Shown here piece after piece: positions 8,325 through 16,654 of a stretch of 64,000 bases of DNA. The DNA is from a virus, in the IMG/VR virus record IMGVR_UViG_3300046170_000391, one strand, 5' to 3'. How positions within the stretch are numbered: position 1 is the first letter of the stretch; each line of letters begins with the position of its first letter. The notes under the pieces were generated by a model. That model did not search any database, was not told where the DNA came from, and was given only the letters and a program-made list of their open reading frames with translations. Both the position numbers and the translations under genes were made by a program.

Positions 8325-9035
8325 TTAATCATAATTCTTTTTTACATGAGCATGATTTTTGTACCAATCTTCTCTATCTTTTTGCATTTCTGCACGTTTC
8401 TTCTTTGTTTTACGTAGCTCTTGTTTATCTAACCAAGTAACTTTAGAAGTCCAAGTATCTCTACGAACAGGTATAACCTGACATATAGGAGTGCCAGCAG
8501 GAATAATTACTTCCGGACCTCCTGCTTCTAGCATTGAATGGATAAAAGGTATATTTACTATATTATCAAAAGTATCAGTATCCACAAGCCCTGTAAGAGG
8601 AATAATAGGATTATCAAGCCTGTTTAGAGGAGGTAAAAATAGTAATGAGTAGTCTTTTGGGGTTTCAATTCGCCAAGGATTCATCCACTTGAGAACTGTA
8701 AATGATTCCATTGGAGATCCGGGTATCTGTCTCATAGGATGAGTCTCGATTGGGGGCCATTTAGAGATAAGTATTTTGTGCTTTTCATCAATGAAATCTA
8801 GCTTTAAAGACAAATCAGAAAGTTGTCTAATAACAATATCAACATGGTTGAGAAGCATATAACCAGCAGTCATTGCATCCAAAAACGGTACACATTTTTT
8901 AACTGTTTGGTCGCCATCATTCCAAGCTGGTGTTTTTTTAAACCAGTCTGGTACTGTGCGTTTAGTAGGAATTGGGGGAAGTACAATTTGATCAGGAAAA
9001 TCCTGCATTAAATGAAATTTGATTAGTTTTTTCAT
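8325..9035 (-). CDS. Conserved phage protein, DUF6065-like beta-clip fold
   Basis: TVKKCVPFLDAMTAGY, PWRIETPKDYSLLF, GLVDTD, IPAGTPICQVIP. Confidence 0.55.
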   Translation of the reverse strand: MKKLIKFHLMQDFPDQIVLPPIPTKRTVPDWFKKTPAWNDGDQTVKKCVPFLDAMTAGYMLLNHVDIVIRQLSDLSLKLDFIDEKHKILISKWPPIETHPMRQIPGSPMESFTVLKWMNPWRIETPKDYSLLFLPPLNRLDNPIIPLTGLVDTDTFDNIVNIPFIHSMLEAGGPEVIIPAGTPICQVIPVRRDTWTSKVTWLDKQELRKTKKKRAEMQKDREDWYKNHAHVKKNYD

Positions 9036-9193
9036 GCAGAAGCAACATTAGTTGGAGTAAAAAAAGTAGAAGGAACTTCCTCAGATGTAGTACCACAATC
9101 GCAAATATCACAACCACACGCACCGTTCTCGCAACAGTCCCACGCACAATGGCAGTTACATCCGCATTTCTTACAATTCTTCGTTTCGATCAT
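9032..9193 (-). CDS. Metallothionein-like Cys-rich peptide (53 aa)
   Basis: MIETKNCKKCGCNCHCAWDCCENGACGCDICDCGTTSEEVPSTFFTPTNVASA; 11 Cys plus His; ATGA overlaps with both neighbours; below the ORF-track cutoff. Confidence 0.75.
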   Translation of the reverse strand: MIETKNCKKCGCNCHCAWDCCENGACGCDICDCGTTSEEVPSTFFTPTNVASA

Positions 9194-10278
9194 GCAGCTA
9201 AACTTTCGGGTAAATGAATTAGGGGATTAGAAGGATTAACACCTAAAAACTTGCCCCATTCTGCATAATAATGACGCATACCAACTTCGTCATGAATAGT
9301 CGAATTCTCATGTCTACCATGTAGTATGTTTCTTGATTCTGTTCCCTCACGCATCGTAGTACCCTGCCCAGCAACGCCAATAAGGTCTTCGTGTAGATTA
9401 CGACCAAAAGGACCCCAGATGGAGTTGTGATGTTTTATGCGTGTTTGTCTTTCTTCTGGTGTATCTTTTCTTAGTCCATATCCACGAAACTCAATAAGAA
9501 CTTTATTAGGACCAAGGGGTGTTACCGAGTCTGAACGATATGCGCTCCCACGGAGGTTAAAATTGAATCCTGGGAAGAGGTCAACCATGTACCACTGGTT
9601 GGGCGGCAGATTGGGAAAAGATAGTTCCCCGCGATCTTCAAATCCATCATACTCTTCATAGTTAACAGTAAAGCTGCTAACATTAACATGACCATTATCA
9701 AAAGGAATATTCTTTCTAGCGAAATACTCATCGTTAAATCCTGACACTCTGTTGAAATAATGCATAAAGTCATGATAGAACTCGCTGTTAGTATCATGCC
9801 ATAATTTATAATTAGTATCTATAATAGCTTTATGATAATGAAATACTTCCATTTCTTCAGTATCAATGGCATCTGCAATACAATCAAATGCACCTGCTGT
9901 CCATTCATCTACGCTTTGTGTAGGATTAGGATCAAGTGTTACCCAAACCATTCCACCATGTTTTACTTCACAGTGTAGTTGTGGTTCGACTGTTACGATT
10001 GGTGCAGCGACTGTACCAGATGGAGAATTAAATCCATGATTACAATATGCCTTAACACCGTCTTTGGTATTTACTGCAATCACATTCTGTCCAGCAATCT
10101 GTGTGGTTCTATAGTTGCCTTCATTGTACATCTCTGAGATATGACACATAGGAACCCAAACTTTACTAAAGATCATTTCTTGTTCTGCTAGATAAACATC
10201 GTGACTATTATAACAGTCACTACTAATATATTCAATTTTCGGTAATTTAGTCCAATTGTTATGGTTTCTTGGTGCCAT
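9190..10278 (-). CDS. Ring-hydroxylating oxygenase alpha subunit, MsmA (methanesulfonate monooxygenase)-like, Rieske cluster motif missing
   Basis: EQEMIFSKVWVPMCH..YRTTQIAG N-terminus; NYKLWHDTNSEFYHDFMH mononuclear-Fe motif; LFPGFNFN; HEDL; likely start MAPRNH; MsmA subfamily call is from recall. Confidence 0.75.
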   Translation of the reverse strand: MAPRNHNNWTKLPKIEYISSDCYNSHDVYLAEQEMIFSKVWVPMCHISEMYNEGNYRTTQIAGQNVIAVNTKDGVKAYCNHGFNSPSGTVAAPIVTVEPQLHCEVKHGGMVWVTLDPNPTQSVDEWTAGAFDCIADAIDTEEMEVFHYHKAIIDTNYKLWHDTNSEFYHDFMHYFNRVSGFNDEYFARKNIPFDNGHVNVSSFTVNYEEYDGFEDRGELSFPNLPPNQWYMVDLFPGFNFNLRGSAYRSDSVTPLGPNKVLIEFRGYGLRKDTPEERQTRIKHHNSIWGPFGRNLHEDLIGVAGQGTTMREGTESRNILHGRHENSTIHDEVGMRHYYAEWGKFLGVNPSNPLIHLPESLAA

Positions 10279-10660
10279 CTTCGTTTCCTTCTTCCATTGC
10301 TGATTCATAATAAATTATGATTTCATTTTGTTGATCAATAAAACGTTTAATATCTGCTATGTTAAGTGCTAAATTTTCATAATCTTTTATAGCTAAAGCG
10401 ACATAAGCTAACTCACCATTTTCTTCTGTAAAATCTTTTACAAACTGGTCGTAGTTATCTTTATTAACCACATAAACTCTAGTATCAACTAGCTGGAGTG
10501 GTTTGGGCCTTGCTACTACTGGTACTGTTATTTTCTGAGTCTGAGTTACTACCTTGACTTCCTGTTCGGGGATCAGGCTGCAACCAGTTAGGAAGAGGCT
10601 TGCTATCACTACTGCCAGTGCTTTCCATGAAGTCTCTCCAAAGTTTAGCTGTTGCTCCAT
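10259..10660 (-). CDS. Outer-membrane spanin (Rz1-like lipoprotein)
   Basis: Lipobox LTGC, Pro-rich segment, overlaps the 3' part of the i-spanin in another frame. Confidence 0.7.
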   Translation of the reverse strand: MEQQLNFGETSWKALAVVIASLFLTGCSLIPEQEVKVVTQTQKITVPVVARPKPLQLVDTRVYVVNKDNYDQFVKDFTEENGELAYVALAIKDYENLALNIADIKRFIDQQNEIIIYYESAMEEGNEDGTKKP

Positions 10661-10976
10661 TCATTCTACCTTCTAAATTTGCAGCATCTCTAAGAGCATC
10701 TGCAAGTAAATCTAATTCTCTGAGTTTTTGACGAAGATTATCTCCGTATGCTTCGGCCTTTTGCAAATCAGTCTGAAGCTGAATAGTCAGTTGTTGATTT
10801 AGCTCTGCTTGTTGAGTAAGTGTTGCAATACTTTGCTCACTGATCATAGCAGCTGTTTCTAATTTAGCATTATTTTCAGTTAAAATACTAATGCGAGTTT
10901 GCGTGATAGTATAATACCAATAGCCCATGCCTAATATCGCTATTAAAACGCCAATTAGAACCTTACTAAGCATCAA
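10485..10976 (-). CDS. Inner-membrane spanin (Rz-like)
   Basis: N-terminal TM helix followed by long coiled coil; overlapped by a lipoprotein gene. Confidence 0.7.
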   Translation of the reverse strand: MMLSKVLIGVLIAILGMGYWYYTITQTRISILTENNAKLETAAMISEQSIATLTQQAELNQQLTIQLQTDLQKAEAYGDNLRQKLRELDLLADALRDAANLEGRMNGATAKLWRDFMESTGSSDSKPLPNWLQPDPRTGSQGSNSDSENNSTSSSKAQTTPAS

Positions 10977-11318
10977 TTAGCCTTTTCTATGTTTCTGACC
11001 TTTTGGAGGCGACTTTTTAGATCCTGAAGGTCCAGCCCAATAGACTTTATTAGCCCAGTAAGCTGCTGACATTTTTCCTTTGGCGATGTTGCGGGCGTGG
11101 CGTGCTTTAAAAGATTTTCGTGCCTCTGGAGAGTAGTTATGCCCCATTGAAGAGTCTCCAAAATGTATGACTCGCACTTTATCTCCTTCTTTTGCCAAGA
11201 CCATGCCTTTTTTCTCTGCTCTGTCTGATCTTCGTGGTTTATTGAATCCATCAAATGTCTTCCCTCTATAATTGATTTTTCCGCTAGGAGTCCGTTTTAG
11301 TCCTGGAATCTTTGCCAT
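10977..11318 (-). CDS. Basic conserved phage protein
   Basis: VIHFGD..RKSFKARH..SAAYWANKVYW pattern; very K/R rich. Confidence 0.6.
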   Translation of the reverse strand: MAKIPGLKRTPSGKINYRGKTFDGFNKPRRSDRAEKKGMVLAKEGDKVRVIHFGDSSMGHNYSPEARKSFKARHARNIAKGKMSAAYWANKVYWAGPSGSKKSPPKGQKHRKG

Positions 11319-11484
11319 CTTTATATCTCTTTTCTATATCACATACAATTTGCCATTGACGATGTGTCAGTTGTGGGTACTTTGTTTGCGCATTTACACA
11401 ACCTAATATAAAGGATTTTTCAGCATCGGTCAACGACTGATTATCTAAAAAGTCCTTTAATGGTTTCTTAATTCTTCTTGTCAT
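11284..11484 (-). CDS. Hypothetical protein
   Basis: Likely start MTRRIKK; packed in the operon. Confidence 0.5.
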   Translation of the reverse strand: MTRRIKKPLKDFLDNQSLTDAEKSFILGCVNAQTKYPQLTHRQWQIVCDIEKRYKDGKDSRTKTDS

Positions 11485-11599
11485 CGTTAGGTATATCATA
11501 TATGAAGGGATCTAATTTTATAATCTCTTTTTTCTTACGCTCAAACTCACGATTGAACTTCCATTCGTTGTATTTTTCAAGCAACCAGTTTAAGAACAT
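11468..11599 (-). CDS. Small hypothetical protein (43 aa)
   Basis: MFLNWLLEKYNEWKFNREFERKKKEIIKLDPFIYDIPNDDKKN after GGAGG RBS; fills the gap. Confidence 0.5.
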   Translation of the reverse strand: MFLNWLLEKYNEWKFNREFERKKKEIIKLDPFIYDIPNDDKKN

Positions 11600-12083
11600 G
11601 ACTATCTACCTCCGGGGTTACACATACAGTGACTCTAAAATCTTCACTTAAATTAAATATGCGGTGTTCTACACCGCTTTTTATTAAATAACTCATTCCT
11701 TGCTTATAAGTATATTTTCCGTCATCTTTAAATTCGATAAAGCTATTATCTGTTTTTATGGCTGCTATCATAGAAGAACTAAAAGTAACGGTGTCAGACT
11801 TATCTACATGCCAAGGTATACTACTTTTTGGGGCCAGAACAGAAAGATATAAAGTTTTGATGCCTCCTATCTTTAATGACTTTGACCATTTTTCGATACT
11901 CGGAAAATGTTTCATCATAGGCGATGTTTGAGAGTTATGTATGAGATCAAAAGATTTCCACTTTGGGTTGAAGTAACGTTCTGCAAATAAGTGATTTCCT
12001 AATTTATAGAAATACATCACCCGTTCAATATCAACACCTTCAAGTTTAGGTACTGGTATTTCTTTGCAGTTTGTCAAACTCAT
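11577..12083 (-). CDS. Asp/Asn beta-hydroxylase-like 2OG-Fe(II) cupin
   Basis: LSVLAPKSSIPWHVD (HxD) ... VEHRIFN...RV. Confidence 0.7.
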   Translation of the reverse strand: MSLTNCKEIPVPKLEGVDIERVMYFYKLGNHLFAERYFNPKWKSFDLIHNSQTSPMMKHFPSIEKWSKSLKIGGIKTLYLSVLAPKSSIPWHVDKSDTVTFSSSMIAAIKTDNSFIEFKDDGKYTYKQGMSYLIKSGVEHRIFNLSEDFRVTVCVTPEVDSHVLKLVA

Positions 12084-12741
12084 CTCTCCTGTTCTTTAAC
12101 AAAGGTAAAAAGGGAACAGCACTTTTTTCAAAAATAATCGGATCATCGTTTTCAACAGTCATAATAATTGCTATATCTTGAATTCCTGTACCATACATTT
12201 CATTATGTGCAACAGCGTATGCACAGCCTTGAATATAGTAGTCCGTAATTTGCTTTTGATTCTTTTTCTTTTTTGATGTTTTAAAATCAATAATTGTAGG
12301 CTTGCCTTTCCATATACCTACCATGTCTGTTCTTCCTGCATAGCGGTATTTATTAGACCATAGTACTTGTTCTTGTCCCCAAACTTCTTCAACACCTGTT
12401 TCAGTAGCTCTAATAAGATTAGCGGTCATAGATCTAACATCCAACTGTAATGTCTTGATTTCTTCCCAGACGTCTTCTCCGTTGAAGTGTCTTTCAGCAA
12501 GCTCATGAACAAGCGTGCCTCTATCCGTAGCAAGTTTAGAAATGCGTGCAGCTTCTTCTTCACCAACTTTATCCTTCCATCTTTGTAACCAAGTTTGATC
12601 TGATGTCTTACCTAGTATAGTTGTAATAGATGGGTAGGACCCATCAGGGGTATGATAAGTTCTACCAGTAGGTAATGTGTCTGTGTCTACTTCAGTTAGA
12701 TACTTGAACTTCTCTTTTGTAATCTTCCACTGTGTTAACAA
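12046..12741 (-). CDS. PD-(D/E)xK exonuclease (Cas4-like phage exonuclease)
   Basis: YPSITTIL, RGTLVH, YAGRTD, IIDFKTS, QGCAYA. Confidence 0.85.
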   Translation of the reverse strand: MLTQWKITKEKFKYLTEVDTDTLPTGRTYHTPDGSYPSITTILGKTSDQTWLQRWKDKVGEEEAARISKLATDRGTLVHELAERHFNGEDVWEEIKTLQLDVRSMTANLIRATETGVEEVWGQEQVLWSNKYRYAGRTDMVGIWKGKPTIIDFKTSKKKKNQKQITDYYIQGCAYAVAHNEMYGTGIQDIAIIMTVENDDPIIFEKSAVPFLPLLKNRRDEFDKLQRNTST

Positions 12742-14059
12742 TAGGTTTTCCTTTTGCGTTTAAACTCGTGTTTATCAGTATGGGGTATCCATATTGTCTG
12801 GTTATCTCTAGTACTTTCCAAATATAAGCATTTTTATTGCGACTAACTAGTTGAAGACGAGCTGATTTATCATGAGTAGTAAAATTACCTCCAATAATAT
12901 CAGCAACAAATAGCATATCATGACTAGGCTGATAAATCTTAAACCACGTATCAGCTTCTTCTTCTTGACAAATAGGGGCATAAGGCCTCCAGGAATCTGT
13001 ATCACGTTTCTTAATTTTGTTTAATTTTTTAATATTATCATTTGTAGGAATACAGAGCAAGCTACGATTACCTAATGCACGAGGCCCAAACTCAGCCTTT
13101 CCCTGTATAATAGGAACAATTTCTCCTTTTAGTAATCTTTCCGCCGCCTCATCTGTAGTGACATCATTAGTATCGGTTATCCCTAAATAAGCACTCTCCC
13201 ATAAAGGTCTACAAATTAATGCCGCTGCTCCTAAAGCACACCCTGCATCTCCTGCTGCAGGTTGTATCGCTACTGAATCAAATCCTGAGTGTTTTTTTAT
13301 TTTAGTATTAGCGACACAGTTTAATGCTACTCCTCCTGCATATGCTAAGTTTTTCATACCAGTTTCTTGTTGGAGCCACGTAGCCAACGCAAGAAGAACA
13401 TTTTCAGTAACTCTTTGAACTGAAGCAGCAACATCCCAATCTAAAATACCGTAACCAACACCACGTTCAAGGTTATGCAATAGAGTGTAATCTCCATCCG
13501 CATTCCAATCTATTATTTTTTGATTTATCCAAGGTAACCACTTCGGCTCTCCATGAGCAGCTGCTGCCATTACTTGAGACTCATCACAAAGAGGTTTAAG
13601 TCCCAAGAAACGAGTAGCACTAGAGTAAAATAAACCAATAGAGTTTGGATACATAAACCTTTTAATCCATTCAATTTTGCCATTTTGATAAACTCCTAAA
13701 GATGTTGAATATTTACCTCCTACGGTATCTACCACCATAACGGCACACTCATACCAATCAGTCAAAAGGACAGAGCTCATAGCATGTGCTTCATGATGAT
13801 CTACTAAAACAGGTTGAGCTTTAGTAATCTTTTTAATTTCTGATTTAAAATCGTTGTAAGTAGACTCTTCATAAAAAGCAGCAAACTCAAAGTCTTCATA
13901 TACATCTTGCAACCATTTTACTGTATTATGAGGGAAGGATTTATCATATTTTTTACGAGTAAAACGTTCCTCATGAGAAGCACCAACTATTGAAGTATCT
14001 TTTATAAATGCTGCAGCGCTATCGTGGTGATAACAGCTGACTCCTAGTATGTTCATCAA
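12692..14059 (-). CDS. Carbamoyltransferase (NodU/CmcH/TobZ family)
   Basis: HDSAAA, EERFTRKK, HHEAHA, GGVALNC, AGDAG, EFGPRALGNRS, RPYAP, NTSLN. Confidence 0.9.
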   Translation of the reverse strand: MMNILGVSCYHHDSAAAFIKDTSIVGASHEERFTRKKYDKSFPHNTVKWLQDVYEDFEFAAFYEESTYNDFKSEIKKITKAQPVLVDHHEAHAMSSVLLTDWYECAVMVVDTVGGKYSTSLGVYQNGKIEWIKRFMYPNSIGLFYSSATRFLGLKPLCDESQVMAAAAHGEPKWLPWINQKIIDWNADGDYTLLHNLERGVGYGILDWDVAASVQRVTENVLLALATWLQQETGMKNLAYAGGVALNCVANTKIKKHSGFDSVAIQPAAGDAGCALGAAALICRPLWESAYLGITDTNDVTTDEAAERLLKGEIVPIIQGKAEFGPRALGNRSLLCIPTNDNIKKLNKIKKRDTDSWRPYAPICQEEEADTWFKIYQPSHDMLFVADIIGGNFTTHDKSARLQLVSRNKNAYIWKVLEITRQYGYPILINTSLNAKGKPIVNTVEDYKREVQVSN

Positions 14060-14594
14060 AATACCTATTAAAAATTGAAGTTAAATCTTTTTTAGATTTA
14101 CTCATAAAATTTGGTTGATTTATGAAATCAACAAAAGCCCATCTATAATTATCTACTATGGGTTGAATTCTATGTACCATGAAACAAGGAAAATATAACG
14201 ATTTACCAGGTTTAGGGTATATTCTTGCTATAATTTCTTCCGGCTCTGGAGCAGAAAAATCTGTTTGAAGTACTCTAGATTTTTCAGGATTCCAAGTACC
14301 TATTTCAAAAGGTTTACCTTCTGTTAAGTAGATTATATGTGTCCAGTATCTTTGCGGTCGAGAGGTACTTAATTTACTATTTGTGTAATCTAGATTATCA
14401 AAATGCCACTCGTACCCCTCACCAGGCTTTAGAAGAATAGCTACTTTTCCTGCTACATCACATCTCCATTGATGACCGTAGTTATAAAAGTTTTTATCAC
14501 AATATTCTACAATTCTGCTTGCGCTCTTAGCGATTTTCTCGTTAAACCCAATTTCGACTGCATCTCTCCACTTACCTGCAATGAAATCTTCCAT
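14019..14594 (-). CDS. 2OG-Fe(II) oxygenase
   Basis: YEWHFD, IIYL, PKPGKSLYFP..MVHRIQPI...RW. Confidence 0.75.
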   Translation of the reverse strand: MEDFIAGKWRDAVEIGFNEKIAKSASRIVEYCDKNFYNYGHQWRCDVAGKVAILLKPGEGYEWHFDNLDYTNSKLSTSRPQRYWTHIIYLTEGKPFEIGTWNPEKSRVLQTDFSAPEPEEIIARIYPKPGKSLYFPCFMVHRIQPIVDNYRWAFVDFINQPNFMSKSKKDLTSIFNRYFDEHTRSQLLSPR

Positions 14595-15151
14595 CTTTCG
14601 TATACCTCCAAGGCTAACTCGTCACAAAAGTTATTATGCCCAAGTTGATTCATATGACCCCTACCATCTGGGTATTCTTTAACGTAGTCTCTTAAGTAGT
14701 GTCTCCAAATACAAGGATTTTGGGAAATCATGTCGTTATCAATAACATTAGGCCTATAAATAGGAATAAGTAATAAGTTATCTGGAGTGGCGTCTCCTAG
14801 CACTGCTTTTATAAACAAAGCATTAGTTCGCCAATACCAAGGCATACGAGTAATTTTTTTGAACCAAAGATCTTGAACTAGTTTACCCCACACATCTCCT
14901 TCGCCCCACTTATAGGGTAATAAATAATCTCCTGTTCCTCTAGGATCTGCTCTATGATGATGTCCAATAAGCCAAATTACACGATATTTATTGACAAGTT
15001 GGTTATTTATAATGTATTCTGCTTGTGCATCTAAGGTTACACCAGCTTTTTCCCACCTATTTTTTAGTCCTAAAATATCAAACGCGGGATAAGGGGCTTC
15101 GTCACTAGGAATAGACCATGAATTACCTACTACAAAAATTTCGCTACTCAT
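14507..15151 (-). CDS. SGNH/GDSL hydrolase-like protein
   Basis: FVVGNSWS block I; C-terminal GHMNQLGH. Confidence 0.5.
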   Translation of the reverse strand: MSSEIFVVGNSWSIPSDEAPYPAFDILGLKNRWEKAGVTLDAQAEYIINNQLVNKYRVIWLIGHHHRADPRGTGDYLLPYKWGEGDVWGKLVQDLWFKKITRMPWYWRTNALFIKAVLGDATPDNLLLIPIYRPNVIDNDMISQNPCIWRHYLRDYVKEYPDGRGHMNQLGHNNFCDELALEVYERWKISLQVSGEMQSKLGLTRKSLRAQAEL

Positions 15152-15809
15152 GCTAATAGTATCCTGTGGAGATAGTTTTACTCAAGGAGAGGGCTTAAGT
15201 TTACGAACTGAAGCTTATCCTTATCTAGTCGCTAAGAGGCTCAAAGCAAGTATTAAAAACTTATCTCAAAGTGGAGCGTCTGAATATCTTATTACATCAC
15301 AAATTGAGCAGGCTGTCAAGTTAAAACCTGATTTAATACTTATAGGTCATACGAGTGAGTATCGTTGGGAGATTTGGGATTACAGAAATAATATCAATCA
15401 AGGATTTCTTATCGCCAACCATGTATTACAAAATGAAAAATACTATAGAAATTGGATATTTTCAGAACAAATACTAGCAAACCGAAGGAGCGATGATCAA
15501 AAACACAAGGCAGCTTGGCACGCTGCAGGAATGTTATATTTTTCAGATGAAGCATTAGTTCGAAGACTATGGAGCGGTGCCGTATCAAAACAAATTCTTT
15601 TGTGCCAAAGGGCTAATATACCTGTAATTCATCACTGTTGTTTTCCTCATTTACATCCATATTTGAAGGAATTAACAGACGATTATGTAGAATTTCATCT
15701 TGATTTAGAGAAACATAAAGACTTAGCCCCTGACGGATCACATGCAGGGGCGTCTAGTCATTTTAAATTAGCAAAAATGCTTATGAACAGGCATCTACCC
15801 ACTCTTTAA
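15150..15809 (+). CDS. SGNH/GDSL hydrolase-like protein
   Basis: CGDSFTQG, NLSQSGAS, DGSHAGASSH; the only plus-strand gene called in the leftward block. Confidence 0.7.
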   Translation: MLIVSCGDSFTQGEGLSLRTEAYPYLVAKRLKASIKNLSQSGASEYLITSQIEQAVKLKPDLILIGHTSEYRWEIWDYRNNINQGFLIANHVLQNEKYYRNWIFSEQILANRRSDDQKHKAAWHAAGMLYFSDEALVRRLWSGAVSKQILLCQRANIPVIHHCCFPHLHPYLKELTDDYVEFHLDLEKHKDLAPDGSHAGASSHFKLAKMLMNRHLPTL

Positions 15810-16017
15810 TTTCATCCCATTTTTCCTCTTCTTCTTCAAGAGAATTTTTGCGAACAATAGTTGCTACCTTAGTAATAGTAGCGACAGGTAAGCCATACTC
15901 AGTTTTAATATCCTTTTTTAGTTCTGCAATAGATTCTCGGATTGATTCTGCTTGAATCATCAAGTCTACAATACGTGAAATTTCTTTTCTTACTTCTTGT
16001 TTTAGTGCTGGTTCCAT
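15781..16017 (-). CDS. GapR/DUF2312 (T4 DsbA-like) dsDNA-binding protein
   Basis: 78-aa helical protein IRESIAELKKDIKTEYGLPVATITKVATIVRK; start MEPALK after GAGGA. Confidence 0.65.
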   Translation of the reverse strand: MEPALKQEVRKEISRIVDLMIQAESIRESIAELKKDIKTEYGLPVATITKVATIVRKNSLEEEEEKWDEIKEWVDACS

Positions 16018-16018
16018 T

Positions 16019-16654
16019 TTATTCCTCATAGTTAAAAAGGTTAAAGTCACTCCAATAGTGTTCTTCTATTAGTTTTTTCTGATTTCGATTTAGCTCAACA
16101 GAAATATTAGATACGTTTGCTCGTTCAAGAGTACATCCGTGAACACTGAGAAAATGCGTTAGGCTGTGAAGAGTTGCGTCAAAGTCATATATTAGTTTAG
16201 GTATTATATTAAAATTTTGATCACATAAGAAGCGATAAATGGGTTGGAAATGGTGGTTACACTCTTCTAAATTTCGATCTTTGAGAAGATGTTCAATAAA
16301 ATAAGTTAGGTTATGAACTCTTGCTAAGTTTATTGTTGAGTCTAGCTCTAAACAACGTTCAGTATCTCGTAATGCAAAGTGTTTATATAATGCTAATATT
16401 CTAAGGTAAGGGTGTCTTATAACAGCGAAATTATGTAATCCATTCGTCTCAGCATACTCTGGAGTTATATAGGTTAAATTTATATGGTGATGAACGTAAT
16501 AATAATCAGTAGAAGATTCATCATGTATCTTCTGTTTTATCAGAGCCGCTTTTACAGCAGTACAACCACACTTAGTAACTCCCCAATAATTAAGGTTATA
16601 ATCAGGGTATTGAGTTATATTGAAAAATTTACTTTTATCATACTTAATCATCAA
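16019..16654 (-). CDS. Sulfotransferase (Sulfotransfer_2 family)
   Basis: TKCGCT PAPS loop, IRHPYLRILALY, HFQP, YWSDFNLFNY. Confidence 0.8.
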   Translation of the reverse strand: MMIKYDKSKFFNITQYPDYNLNYWGVTKCGCTAVKAALIKQKIHDESSTDYYYVHHHINLTYITPEYAETNGLHNFAVIRHPYLRILALYKHFALRDTERCLELDSTINLARVHNLTYFIEHLLKDRNLEECNHHFQPIYRFLCDQNFNIIPKLIYDFDATLHSLTHFLSVHGCTLERANVSNISVELNRNQKKLIEEHYWSDFNLFNYEE

